Part shown: piece after piece, positions 41,101 through 53,396 of the stretch
Layout: each line of letters opens with the position of its first letter
Numbering within the stretch: the first letter of the stretch is position 1
From: Azolla caroliniana
Taxonomy: Eukaryota > Plantae > Polypodiophyta
Assembly (NCBI GenBank): GCA_043228905.1
Contig: JBHGNT010000010.1
Coordinates: 20,584,001-20,648,000 of the forward strand
DNA length: 64,000 nt
Direction: 5' to 3'
Made by a program: the position numbers and the translations under genes
Notes under the pieces: model-generated
Told to the model about the DNA's origin: nothing
What the model saw: only the letters and a program-made list of their open reading frames with translations
The model's database searches: none

Positions 41101-41844
41101 TAAAGATTCAAGAACAAACAAAAGATGATGGCAATGTTAAATGGAAAAATGAGAGATAGGAGCACAAGAAGTCTAAAATGAGGGATCAATGTACATAATT
41201 CTATTTGAACATCTAAAGTCTCTCATAAGGAAATAAATGAGTACGACAATTGGGAACACGAAAAGAGCAACCACTAGAGTCTTGATTGTTGAGTTGATAG
41301 AAGTTATTTAAAGCATGTTATGCATTGGTCATCGTGCCAATATAGTTACATGATTTGGGTAACACCGCATGCAATTTGAGTAGTTAATAATAAATGCAAT
41401 CCCTTCAGGTTCACTTTGGCCATATTCAACCTTATTGGCAAGGCACTCCTTCTACATTGAGTAAATCATTCATTGACCTTGCGCTCGACTGGTTAAATCT
41501 AGTAGGCCAAGCAATTTGACATTTACAATGACATTTAGACAGTGATGCATCTTTTTAGCTCGGATGTTGATTGATTAGACATTGATTTACCTCTTTGCAT
41601 TCAAGAGGATGTCATGGATCTTGTCGTTTGAGGCCACAATATCTCTCCTATTATAATCTCCAAGTTCATAAAGCTAATGTTTGATACAACCACACTCATC
41701 ATACCTATGCAATTGAGCTATTTGATATTGAATCAGGTATAGGGCCACATGTATGTTAAACATAAACTTTGAATTGATTTGATCCCAAACTGAGACTACT
41801 TGCTTCAATGTTTCTTTTTCTTTTTTTTCCAATAAAAAACTCCT

Positions 41845-42480
41845 ACATTGCAGAAGGTCCAAGAAAAAGTATAGAATGTTGGAGACGGTTTATGTCACTG
41901 CCATTACAAGATCAAGCCAACATACTCCATGGAATCAGGAGCGGATGGACTATGAGATCGGAAATCATTAACGCTCTACTAATTAGAGAAGTCGCTACTC
42001 AAAGGACGACAATGGATAAATGGATAGGCTATGAGGAGGAGGGATCTTTGATCCCGGGAGGTATGGGAACACTAGACAAGATCAAAGGCTCTGAATTGCG
42101 AGACACTGAGACACCAACACAAAATAACGCAATTCGAGTACGCGCGTATACTGGTCATAAATGGATTGTAGATCCTAATCTGATCAAAGTACAACCCGAT
42201 TGGCACATATGTACTCATGAAAACACATGGCTACGTAAGGTCAGTTGGGACCCTTTGCAATGGACATGGTGTGATCCTTATGCGGGGCAAGGAAGCAAAC
42301 CCATCCCTTACTTCCAGTTCACAAGTAGATTGGGTCACCACATTCTAGCTGCTCAAACCGCCCGAGAGCCGGCTGCTGCAAAGGTCTAACACACAAATCA
42401 AGTTCCTCACATAATTATCACCAAGTTTTGGCAAAAAATCTAGAAACAACACGCGAGGCGAATTACCACGTTCCAATGTA
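41845..42480 (+). mobile_element. L1-type LINE ORF2 fragment (region between RT and zf-RVT)
   Basis: Trp-rich 193-aa ORF with WDPLQWTW...PYFQFTSRLGHHIL, continuing past a stop into KFWQKI*KQHARRITTFQ. This resembles the WxxLW...KxxxFxW lead-in of zf-RVT. Confidence 0.6.
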
Positions 42481-42984
42481 TGCCAAGTTGGAACTTGACT
42501 TTCGAGAGCATCATACTGCAAACTGCATTAACATTGCAAGGTATTGAGAGCAACACTTATTTTGCAACTCAACTTTTACAATAGATCGATTGGATTCCAT
42601 ACATGGTCAAGACTCAAGAACGACTCATTTATAAAAGTAGCAGGCTTCGAACTATAACCATAAGAATAAAATCTGGACAATTATTTACATTATAAAGAGC
42701 TTGATTTCCCTCACGTTTCTTTACAATGCTCGATATTGTGTACGCATACATGCAAGTGGACATATATACACATGCATTCATGTATATGTGCATGTTCATA
42801 AGCTTAAAGAAGTTCATTTTATTAGGTCCATGTCCAGAAAGATGCCAAAACCACATAGTGAAAATGTCCATAAGAGTCATTGTACACGTGTACATACATG
42901 AAATACATAAAAATGTACATCTATGATTTATCAAATCAATATATTTTTTTATGTTGACTTGAAGTTAACTTCGTCATTGCTCAT

Positions 42985-43743
42985 GTGAGCATGACCTCAA
43001 TCTTGGACCCAACTATGGCATAGATGACCTTTGGGTAAAGTTGGTGATGTGCGACATGAGCACATGTACATTACGAAATGTATATAGGAAAGGTGATGTA
43101 CATTAAGAAGGGGAAAAGTGAACGGTGCAAAGGGCGCCAATAGAGTTAGTGAAGAATAAATGTGATGTATACATTCACACACATGTACATGTAGAGGGTA
43201 GTGGGGGAGTGTGAGAGAGAGGGGGTTTACTTCAATCACTTCGGGAATCGGGGCAAGTAATCTCATATGAAAAAGAGGAATATTTGGCTCCCACATTGTA
43301 ACGTACGTCCCGCCTTGAGCTATAAAAGGAGGGAGGGGTCTCTGGTAAAAGGGGTTCCTCATTTTTTTGTCTCTGTGTTTCCGTTTCTTTGCCGTTTACC
43401 TTATCGATTGTCTATTAGGGTTGGGGTTCCGTTTTTGGTGTGTTTAGGGTTTAGTTCGATTGGAGCTTGTAAGCTCCAAGGGAGTTTCCGTTTTTTGTTG
43501 TGTCTTCTGCTCAAGGTCTCCACTCGCAACGATGAGCCCGTGAGTTCCCCAACTGGAGGCTTGACTGTAGGCACTCATTGTATATAATCCGTTTTGGTTC
43601 GGCTCAAAGCCGGAGATGTAACATGTTATCCTATATATATACATTGATTTGTGCATAATTGTGTCTTTGTCAGTGTCGGGTGCGTTTCTTTCTTTCCAGT
43701 TTCTGTATGCGAGAGGTGCGTGTTGAGTAAGTGTTGTGTGCGT

Positions 43744-43785
<42 letters not shown>

Positions 43786-43948
43786 GTTCGGTTGCCTCCA
43801 AAACGTATCTAGAAAATGCTCTAGTCGGCGTCACAGTGGGGGTAACTAGCACCTACGAAGCTTGGTTGTTCCGGATCCGTCTCTCTCCGTTCCAAGACCC
43901 TAGTGGTCCCACCCTGGATCCTACACGTACCCATGGATTACCGCGACA
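42985..43948 (+). mobile_element. Solo LTR-like sequence related to the 52869-53396 LTR
   Basis: Shares AAGTTGGTG.TGTGC.ACATG, TCCCACATTGTAA, GCTATAAAAGGA.GG.AGGGGTC and TCCAAGACCC..GTGGTCCC with 52869-53396, and ends CGCGACA. The left boundary is uncertain. Confidence 0.65.
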
Positions 43949-44408
43949 ATGTGCTCTAATTCCCTATTTCTTCTTCTTGTTTTTGTAAATATGATGGCCA
44001 TGAGACCTTTGATATCTCAACTATTCACTAGTAGAGATATGGAAAGGTAAGCCCTCCAAGGAGTTGTAATATTAAATGACATAGATTTAACTCTTCTAGT
44101 GAAGTGCCATACACTACCGATTCAACTTTCCTTTCCACCCATGTATTTGTCGTGGTACCTAACTAAATCCATCAGTCAAGAACCCATTTTTTAGGCTCCA
44201 ATTATACCACATCCCCCAATACCTAAGAGTGTCAAACACAACCTTATATGATCTAGTGGATAAAGCCCTAGTATCTTCAATGAAAACCCACATAAAAGGT
44301 GACGAAAATTGAGCAATTCATGATGGCCAATGTTGCGCCATAACAACCCAATTAGATATAGTAACTAGCATGTAATGAACTTGTGTTTGACATCTTCCTC
44401 GATCAATG

Positions 44409-44452
<44 letters not shown>

Positions 44453-45771
44453 TCTCTCTTTGTCTATGCCTTTTCCATGGCAATGGGCTACCATAATGTT
44501 AATGTGAATTTTGCTCGTTGCCACCCTAGTGAGCTATATTACTTCATTTATATTTAAAAACTAGACTAGGTAGAACTATTAGTTGTTTAATTAGGGGCAT
44601 ATAAAATCAATATCATGATCCCACATAATTAGAGGATATGACTATAAGGATATGAAGCATAAATAAAAGGACGGGTATAATGGAAATTGTAAAGTTGGTC
44701 TCGTATTCTAAACACTACATTTTAAGAAGTAATACAAATAGTATAACTAAGGGCCATTTGGTAAGCAATGGGGAACAAAAATTTCTTCATGAGGGTTGGC
44801 CATTGATGTATTTGTCCCCTCCACTTCTATATAACTGTGAGTTTTGGAAGTTGTGTTATTGTTGCTGAGGGTAGACAACCCTAAGTGTATCGACTTAGTT
44901 ATTGGGAGGTAGTCATTGAGGGTCATGTTGTAGTCTCCTCCTTTGTAGTCGTTTGTTATGGTTAATACATCAAATACTAGATTGTCTTATTATTATATTT
45001 GATGCCTCTTTAATGCAAGAAAGTGTCATGATCTGCTATTCTTTCCTCACCCTAGTTCACAAAGAATGGTGGAGCAAGGGATTCGTAATCCTTAACATTG
45101 GTTATTAACATGTGTGTGTGAGTGACAGTGTCGCGGATTTCTCTGTGGATGTGTTGAAGCGGAGCGGGATCACCAAGGTCTCGGACCAAGGAGCCGGTGA
45201 GAGAATTATGGTTGTCTGGATCGGTGCTTGGATAACTTTGTTGGATCAACTTTCGGATACGTACCGAATCCGGAATGATCCCTGGATGGGTCAGTTAACT
45301 CCGCCGGATGCCGAGCGGTGAGCGCACGGGCACCGACACGTATACCGTTCCGAAACTGTTGTCGGCTAGCAACGGTGAGCTCATGGGCTCACACTCTCAA
45401 AAATGCACACACAAACCATAATGGGATAGAGTAAAACTCGAGAATGAGGAAGGCTCAGAAACTAACGATTATTAAAAGAAATAGAAATTACAACCGGATG
45501 AGGCCGTCGATGGAGCTTCGAGCTTCGAGCTTCGACCCGCACGCACGCACATACGATGGCAAGCCTCCGATCGGGAGCACGCGGGTTACTAGTGCGAAAC
45601 GAAGGCCTCACAACACGACAACAGATTGCAGAACATAGAGAAGAGAAACATATAGAGCTCGGTCCTGCAACACTTCGTTCTCCCAAAAATGATGATCTTC
45701 AAAAATAGTCTCAAACCTCCCCTCTTATAGCACAAGGGGAGGCCATTACATCGCAAGTAAATGGCAACCCT

Positions 45772-46334
45772 TGTTGGGAATATGTCCCTCCAGTGGGAGG
45801 AAGTGTTAGGAAACAAGTCCCTCCGGATGGGAAGTGAGAAGAACATTGTCGATGAGCAAACTCGGCCGAGGCTGAAACCGGATGACAAGTACCCGACTAC
45901 GGAAGACCCGGTGAGAACCGGATGACGAGTACCCAACTACGAAAGACCTGGTGAGAACTGGATGACGAGTACCTGGCTACGGAAGACCCAGTGAGAACCG
46001 GATGACGAGTACCCGGCAAGAGCCGGATGGTGAAGACCCGATGAGAACCGGATGACGAGTACCCAACAAGAGCCGGATGACGAGTACCCGACAAGAGCCG
46101 GATGGTGAAGACTCGGTGAGAACCAGATGACGTGTGCCAAGCAAGCGCCGGATGATGCAAGCCCGGTGAGGAGTGCTCACCGGATGAAGGGACATATTCG
46201 TAAATATGTTTCTGAGAGTCCATCGGGGCTATATTTGTAAATAGCCGAAAAGTTATATTAGTATAAATATGACTTAGGGCAAACTTTGTTTGTCGTCGTC
46301 ATTCTTGTTGGCGCAAGATTAGAGCGCAACTGTG

Positions 46335-46406
<72 letters not shown>

Positions 46407-47307
46407 ACGAAGAGTTCGTATCTCTGTTGTAACCGCCGCTTGTGGCGAAGATAGCAAGCTCGAGGTCGTTGCCTCGGTGCTCCACTATTGTACATTCTAA
46501 TATAGTGATAGTTTGCAGTCTGTGGGTTGCCGTGGTTTTTCCCCAAGTTTGGGTTTTCCACGTTAACGTCCTGTGTACTCTTCTCTCCATTGTGTCGTGC
46601 GTTTCATTACCCGTTTTCTGTGTTTTGATTCTAGGTTCAGTTGTGGCCGAGCGTTGTTCATAGGGAGAACCGAATGATCAGAAAGCCGACAGTCGATGAC
46701 AGGGAAGATCCGACTGCTTGGAAAACTGACAGTCGAAGAGTCGAAAACAGTGAGTCGACTGTTTGAAGATTGGACTATTATTATTATAGTAATAATAATA
46801 ATGAGGATGTTAGGAAATAGGTCTCTCGGATGGGGAGAGAGAGGAGCTGAGTTAATGATCGTGTATATAGCCAACTCGGGAGACTATAATTGTAAATAGC
46901 CTAAGTGTGCGCCCCATGAGGGCTACGTATGTAAATAGCCAGAAAGTTGTGTAAGTATATATACAACTAGGGCAAACTTTGTGACACAGAGCAGAAACAG
47001 AAGTTGTAAAATGTAAGAGAGCGTGAGTGAGAGAAGGGAGAGCCGCGCCATAGTTGTGTGTGTAACAACAGACGCGAAGAGCCCTGTGCGGCTGATACAC
47101 TCGACAGAGTGTTGTAATCATCTTTGTATTGTATATCCACTATACTATAGTGAAGAATTTGTTCAACCGTGGTTTTTCCCCGTTTTAGGGTTTCCACGTA
47201 AATCTCTGTGTATACTTTTGCTAATCTTGTCTTTTTGGTATTTCTGTAAATCGTATTTCAGCGCGTAGTTCGTTTATTGTGATCTATTCCGCATCGATTT
47301 CTCAACA
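45772..47307 (+). mobile_element. Cluster of copia-family LTR sequences inserted in the gypsy 3' LTR
   Basis: TGTT(G/A)GGAA termini at 45772, 45804 and 46808, ending TTCTCAACA at 47307. The block TAAATAGCC.AAAGT...TATA.A.A..ACT(T)AGGGCAA at about 46238 and 46932 is shared with about 48802. No coding sequence and no clean TSD. Confidence 0.75.
45873..46190. repeat. ~39-bp tandem repeat (about 7-8 variant units) inside an LTR
   Basis: GAGAACCGGATGACGAGTACCC..CTACGGAAGACCCGGT and variants carrying CAAGAGCCGGATG. Confidence 0.9.
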
Positions 47308-48646
47308 TTGCCCTCGATTATCTCCATCTAGACTTCTTCCTATTCTCTATACGTGTGGTACATGAAACACCCATTAACTACTCTACCTAGTACCTTAAAT
47401 ATATTACACATATTTACATTTCTTGTACTCCGATCCTTGTGTTTTGTGCCTATTGGCACACCCTTGTTCCCGCACCAATCCAACCAGTCTTCCTCCTCGC
47501 ACAAATCCAACCATCCTCCGACATGTGCCAAGTAGTGCACCTGTGGAGATTCTAGCTTGATTGTTACTCGTACTCTCTCAACCTGTCACCCTCGTCGGCA
47601 CTTCCATCCTCGAACTACGAATCCTTCTCCATTTCGTGCCGTTTCTTGAAGGCCTTGATCCGTTTCCCCGCGACTGGTATCGCGATCCTTGTCCCGTAGA
47701 GCTCCGTCAGGTGGTATGTCACATTGTCGTTCGTGCTCGTTACCATATATGGTCCAACCCACCACCTCGCGAATTTTCGGGTGGACTGGTGCTAGTTGTC
47801 AAGGTTGTTTTCATACACCAGTGCTCGATACCACGATCCTTGTCCCGTCGAGCTCCGCAAGGTTGTACGTCGCATTGTCGTTTGTGCTCATTACCACATA
47901 AGGTTCAAACCATCGCCTCGCGAATTTTCAGGTTGACCGGTGCTGGTTGTCGAGGTTGTTGTCATAAACCAACACATAGTCACCTTCCTCGATCTTCTTT
48001 GGCTAGAGCTGGTGTGTCCGTTCAAACCGATCCTTGTTCTTCCTCCACGACTCCTCTATTGTCAAAGTCGTTTGCTTGACGCTTCCGGTCTTCGCTGGAG
48101 CTGTCGGATCTTCGTTGCCAACATGGCTCATTTCCTCCATACAGTCGACCGCCATTCAGGAAGAGATTGTCCGCTCCATAGGCATGATCGACTTCTGTCT
48201 AAATGAGTTCAGTCGGCATGTACTCTGTTACCGAAATGTGTGTAGTTCGGTTGGCCCACAAAGCATAAGGAAGAAGCCTCGGCCAGCTCCCAACCCGTCT
48301 GTGGCATGCTCATACTAATGCTTTCATAATCGGCCCGTGGCCGTGCTCAACCTTCTCATTGGCTTTTGAATTGTATGTCATGGTGAGGGAGAACTTGACC
48401 CCTAGTCGGTCAAATAGCTCCTCGGCTTCCTGTGCGTCCATCGACCCTCGATCGGCCACAATCTTTCCCATGCACATGTATCGACAGATGACATCCTCTA
48501 TCAGGAACTTGCAAACTATGACGGTCGTCTTGTTCGGCAACGCTCAGCCCTCCACTTGGTTCGTCAGGTCCTCTCTCGCGAGCACCAGGTACCCCCATCG
48601 GCATCATCACTAAATCGACCATCCATTTGAAGTGTATGGCTAGCGG

Positions 48647-50167
48647 TGTTGGGAATTCGGTCCCTCCGGATGAGAACCAGACGAGCTAGATTCGGAAGGG
48701 TTCCGGAAACCGGAACCAATGATTCCGTATGGATTCGGTGCGAACTGGATCCAAGGACATATTTGTAATTATGTTAGGATAAACCCACTGAGGTTATATT
48801 TATAAATAGCCCAAAAGTCATATAAGTATAAACATGACTTAGGGCAATCACATTGTGATGATGGTGTTGTTATTATTGTTGTAGAGAGAGAGAGAGAGAG
48901 AGAGCTAGAGCGTAGCCACAAGCACTTTTTGTTGTAACTGCCATTTGGCGAAGATCGTGAGCACAAGGTCGTTGCCTCTCTGTTTCCACTTTGTATTTCC
49001 TCTCATATAGTGATAGTTTGGAGTCTGTGGGCTCACGTGGTTTTTCCCGATTAGGGTTTTCCACATAAACATCTTGTGTTCTCTATCGTTATTTTGTGTA
49101 CATGCATTCATCATACCTATTTCCCATTTATGTGTTTGGTCCTTCATAGATGAAGAATCTCGCCGAAAGGACCGGGAGTCTAGAACCGATCCGAAGGCCT
49201 TGGTCATGGAAGATGACCATTATCGGGGAAGAGGCCGGTATCTGAGTCCCCAAAACCGAGACAAATCGGGGACGAGGTCGAAGTCAAGGGGGAGGCCTAC
49301 TTGCTTCTACTATGGGAAGTGGGGGCACTTCCAAAAGAACTGTCGGCATTTCCGGAAAGAGAAAGGAACCGACAGTGCCGATTCGAAGAAGGGTTTGGAC
49401 CAGAAAGGCTCGGATCGGAAGGGAACATCGGCGATTGTGACAAGTGAAGAAGAATTGATGCTCATTACCAAGGAGAATGAGTTAAACCTTGTTGGCGACG
49501 AGACAATGTGGATTGCGATTCCAAAGCATCGTTCCATTTGACACCGGACCAGAAATGCTTCTCACCCTACCTAGCCGGAGATCACGGTTGTGTCCGGATG
49601 GGGAATGAAGGTACAGGCCGAATTGTCGGCATAGGAGATGTGTTGTTGATCACATCAACCAGATACAAATTGTTGTTGAAAGATGTCTGACATGTTCCGA
49701 AGGTTCGTTTGATGAAGGCTACATGGGTAGCATCTGGAACAAAGTCATGAAATTCAGCAACAGAAGCCTAATTGTGGCTCGAGCCCGGAAGATCAACACG
49801 CTATATATGATGCATGCCCGGATATGCCGGGAAGAACTGAACATAGCATCTGACACTGCCGGTGAGCTGTGGCACAAGAGACTGTGTCATATGAGCGAGA
49901 AGGGGATGAGAAGACTTGTCGAAGACAACCTCATTATGGAGGTGAAAGACGTGCATCTTGAGAAGTGCACCGATTGCTTGGTCGGAGTCTATGGGCTCCC
50001 ATGGTTTTTCTCGATTAGGGTTTTCCACGTAAATATCTTGTGTTCTCTATCGTTGTTTTGTGTACGTGCATTCATCATACCTATTTCCAATTTCTGTGTT
50101 TGGTCCTTCATAGAGTGATTTGAGACTCGGTTGTGGCCAAACAATACTTCCGTGCTAGTTCCTATCA
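48647..50167 (+). mobile_element. Internally deleted Ty1/copia element (Tnt1-like) inserted in the gypsy integrase
   Basis: TG...CA ends with a perfect 5-bp TSD AGCGG. The LTR segment 49021-49150 repeats at 49985-50114. Internal motifs: zinc knuckle CFYYGKWGHFQKNC, protease DSKASFHL and GAG-pre-integrase LWHKRLCHMSEKG. Excision restores the host frame EFHSTYPLAIHFKWMVDLV. Confidence 0.92.
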
Positions 50168-51343
50168 AGCGGGTAGGTCGAGTGGAACTCTTCTCAGTGC
50201 CGGATTTCGGAATGTATCTGACAACTCTCGCATGTCCTCACGATTTCGTGCACGTCCTTGTACATTCCGGGCCACCAGTACTTTTTCTTTAGCTTTTCGA
50301 ACGTGGCCCACGTGCCCTGGTGTCTGGACCAGGGGCTTTCGTGAAATTCCGATACCAACTCCCATCGGTCCTCCTTCATCACCACCCAGAGCGGTGTGTC
50401 GGTCCACTTCTTCAGGTGCCTCCATATCTTACTATTCGATAGGAAGAACTGGTACACCTTTTTCCTGATCCAACCCGCTTCCTCCTTTGTCCACGACGCG
50501 TCTAGTGCCATCGTGCTTAGGAACCGCCCGATTTGAACCCACTCCCTGTCATAGTCATTCTCGTCGAACTCGTTCAAGGCCGGAGTGCTACATTTGTTCG
50601 CTGACATTCGAGCCAACTTCTTCGTCCTTCGATACCATGTTGTGTTCGTCATCGAACCATGCTCTCAAAAGCATATCGGCCATGACGTTGTCTTTTCCGG
50701 AGATGTGTCGTATCTCCGGGTTCAGGGACTTGATGTACTTGATCCACCTGAGCATTGCCAGGTCCAGGGTTGTGCATCTGGAAACCACACTGAGAATCGG
50801 TAGGTAGTCTGTACTGATTATTACCTCCGTCCCTATTAAGTAGTCTTTATTGGCCTTAATTGCCGAAACGATACCCCAAAGTTCGTGTTTTACCTGGGTG
50901 TATCCTCGTTGCCGCTCGCTAAGCACCTTCGCACCGAACTAGATGGGGAACCACGTGCCGACCTCATCCTCCTGATTGATCACCCATTTGATTCCAATCA
51001 AACTCGTGTCCATTGTCACGTAAATCGGAGTGTTCGCCTTGTACACCGCTTTCCGGAGAGTCGAGGCCGCCGTCAACATTTCCTTTAACCTTCGAATTAC
51101 CTCCGTGTGTTTGTCGCTCCATTCGAATTTCTGACCTTTCTTCAACAAGCCATAGAGCAGCTCGACAATATGCGCGTAGTGCGAAATCCAAATGTGGTAG
51201 AAGACGCATGCTCCCAGGAACCGCCGGACCTTTGTGATCGACCTGCACTCTTCCTTTCTCGCCGAGATGGCCTCTACCTTTGTTTGAGACGGTTTCCGGC
51301 CATACAACCCACACAAGTGGCCGATTTTACCGATTAGGAACAC

Positions 51344-51803
51344 AACCTACCCTCAGTACTTCGGGGTATGGCTCAAGGTGGTTTGTGGTACAGAGAATGG
51401 ACTACTGTAGTATGTCTAGGCTCATCGTACAACAAGGGTAGAGCGCCCCTAAGTGTTCGCAAAGGTAAGGCGTTAACCGGATACAGCTACAACCCAGTTC
51501 CTACCTATTGTACACTACTAAACACGAATGCACTATGTACCTTAAAAACAGATACACTTACGAACGACATAGAGACAGAGAATAATCAACAAAGAGATCA
51601 GAAAAGACAGTACGATTATATTAGACGGGTTATGCTCCAAAAACCTCCCTCTTACAATGTTCCTATGCCCTTTATATATGCAGGGCATAGTCGGTTACGC
51701 TTCATGCGTGAACCGTTACATGCGTCACTTTAACACGCATACCCCTAGCCCGTTTCTTTACTTTTTGCCTTGTTTCTCATTAGTCCGCTTTTGGCGGACA
51801 ACA
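51344..51803 (-). mobile_element. Truncated LTR-like insertion at the gypsy gag/RT deletion junction
   Basis: Non-coding block with different composition, a TGTTGTCCGCC terminus on the minus strand at 51803 and a minus-strand TATATAAAG box. The other end is missing. Confidence 0.5.
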
Positions 51804-52868
51804 ACCGACCACCAGGATCTCTGATCGTCTGAATGCCGACTTCTCCCCCGAGAAGGTAAGTCGAGCACCCTCGAACCTCTGCAATATCTTCTCGCAATCA
51901 GAGATGTTGTTGTCGAGGATCTACTCTTCTAAGACCTTTCGCAGGTCTGTCACCCTCTCTATCTCCAAGCTCAACCAGAAGCTCGACAACTTCGTCTTCT
52001 CTTGTGAGCCAGCTTCGCCTCCATCATTCTTCTTTGGCCCACTCCGGGTCTCGTACCGATTTGAGGGGCCGGCCCCTCTGGCTTTTCCGACTCACTTGTC
52101 TTCAACCAAAACCTTTTAGTTCTAGCACACGGCTTCTACAAAGTCAGTCTTCTCCTCAACCGGATTGCCAACACCTCGCTTAACAACAACTCCACCTTGC
52201 TGTCAAGGATCCGCTCTTCTAAAACCTTTCACAGGTTCGCTGCCCTCTTTATCTCTAGGCTCAACCGGAAGCTCGACAACTTCGTCTTCTCTTATGAGCC
52301 GATTGGGCCTCCGTCATTCTTCTTCAGCCCACTATGGGTCTCGTACTGGTTCGAGGGGCCGGCCTTTCCGCCTCGCTTGTCTTCAACCAAAACCTCGTAG
52401 TTCTGGCACGTGGTTTCTACAAAGCCGGTCTCCTCCTCAACCGGATTGTTCCATCTTGTGACCTCCTGGACCGCCTCTCCATGAGGCCCGCTTCTTCTTT
52501 CCTCAACCTTACCTTGGATAGGCTACAATAGCAAAAGCGGCCAAAATCCGGAATTGTTGTTAAAGCCAACACTCTTTTCACCACCTACTCGGATTCTCGT
52601 CGACGTCGAGTGGTAAATGGTTTCCGCATGCCGAGCCAGCTCCTCCTCCATCAACCTCTTCATAGCACCCCTGCTGATGTTCAACTCGAGGGGCCTTTGT
52701 GTCTCGCTTGCGTGTACTCGACCATTCCACAAGTACACCATGTTGCTTTTGATCGCGTTGGCGAAGTCCACACAATCTTTCTGGATGTTGCCGATTGCAT
52801 CGCACCACACACACCTTTGATCTACCGGCGGGCATTAGTTGCGTGATTGGTCACCTCCTTCCCTCCAG

Positions 52869-53396
52869 TGTCGTGAAGATTTTCGTCCATAGGCGAAAAC
52901 CGGGGTGGAAAGGGCAAGTTGGTGGTGTGCAACATGTGCACACACGTGTACTAGGAAATGGTGTATAGAAATAAGAGGGGAAATTTTGTCCCACATTGTA
53001 AGGTCCCTCCCTCCGTGGGCTATAAAAGGAAGGGAGGGGTCACTTATGAAGGGTTGCCTATTTTGCGTATGAAAGGTATACCACTTAGTGTAGAGTTCTT
53101 ACCGTTTCAGGGTTAGGGTTTCGTTTAGGGTCTCCTTGTTCATCCCCGGTTAGGGTTTTCTCATAGTTTTGGTGCGGTCCATGCGGCCACCATCGTTGTA
53201 ATCAATCGTTCGTTTTAATATATCTTGTTGTGGATCTTGCTTCCATCTATTTTGGTCTATGCTTATGTGCTACTCTTCATCTTCTCATCCGGTGTTAAGC
53301 TTCCATTTCTCATATCTTATTCTTTCTCCTCTACTCCCTAGTCCAAGACCCCTGTGGTCCCGCCCCTTCTACATGCACGCGCGTAACAACGCAACA
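52869..53396 (+). mobile_element. Solo LTR inserted in gypsy gag
   Basis: TGTCGTG...CGCAACA termini, TATAAAAG box, flanks CCAG/CCGG (4-bp TSD, one transition). Removal restores the gag frame AQARREGGDQSR...CVWCD. Confidence 0.85.

Noticed and set aside
45873-46190. Overlapping ORFs and a CRISPR-like look in the 39-bp array
   Set aside because: Plain tandem repeat inside an LTR without unique spacers; the ORFs are repeat artefacts.
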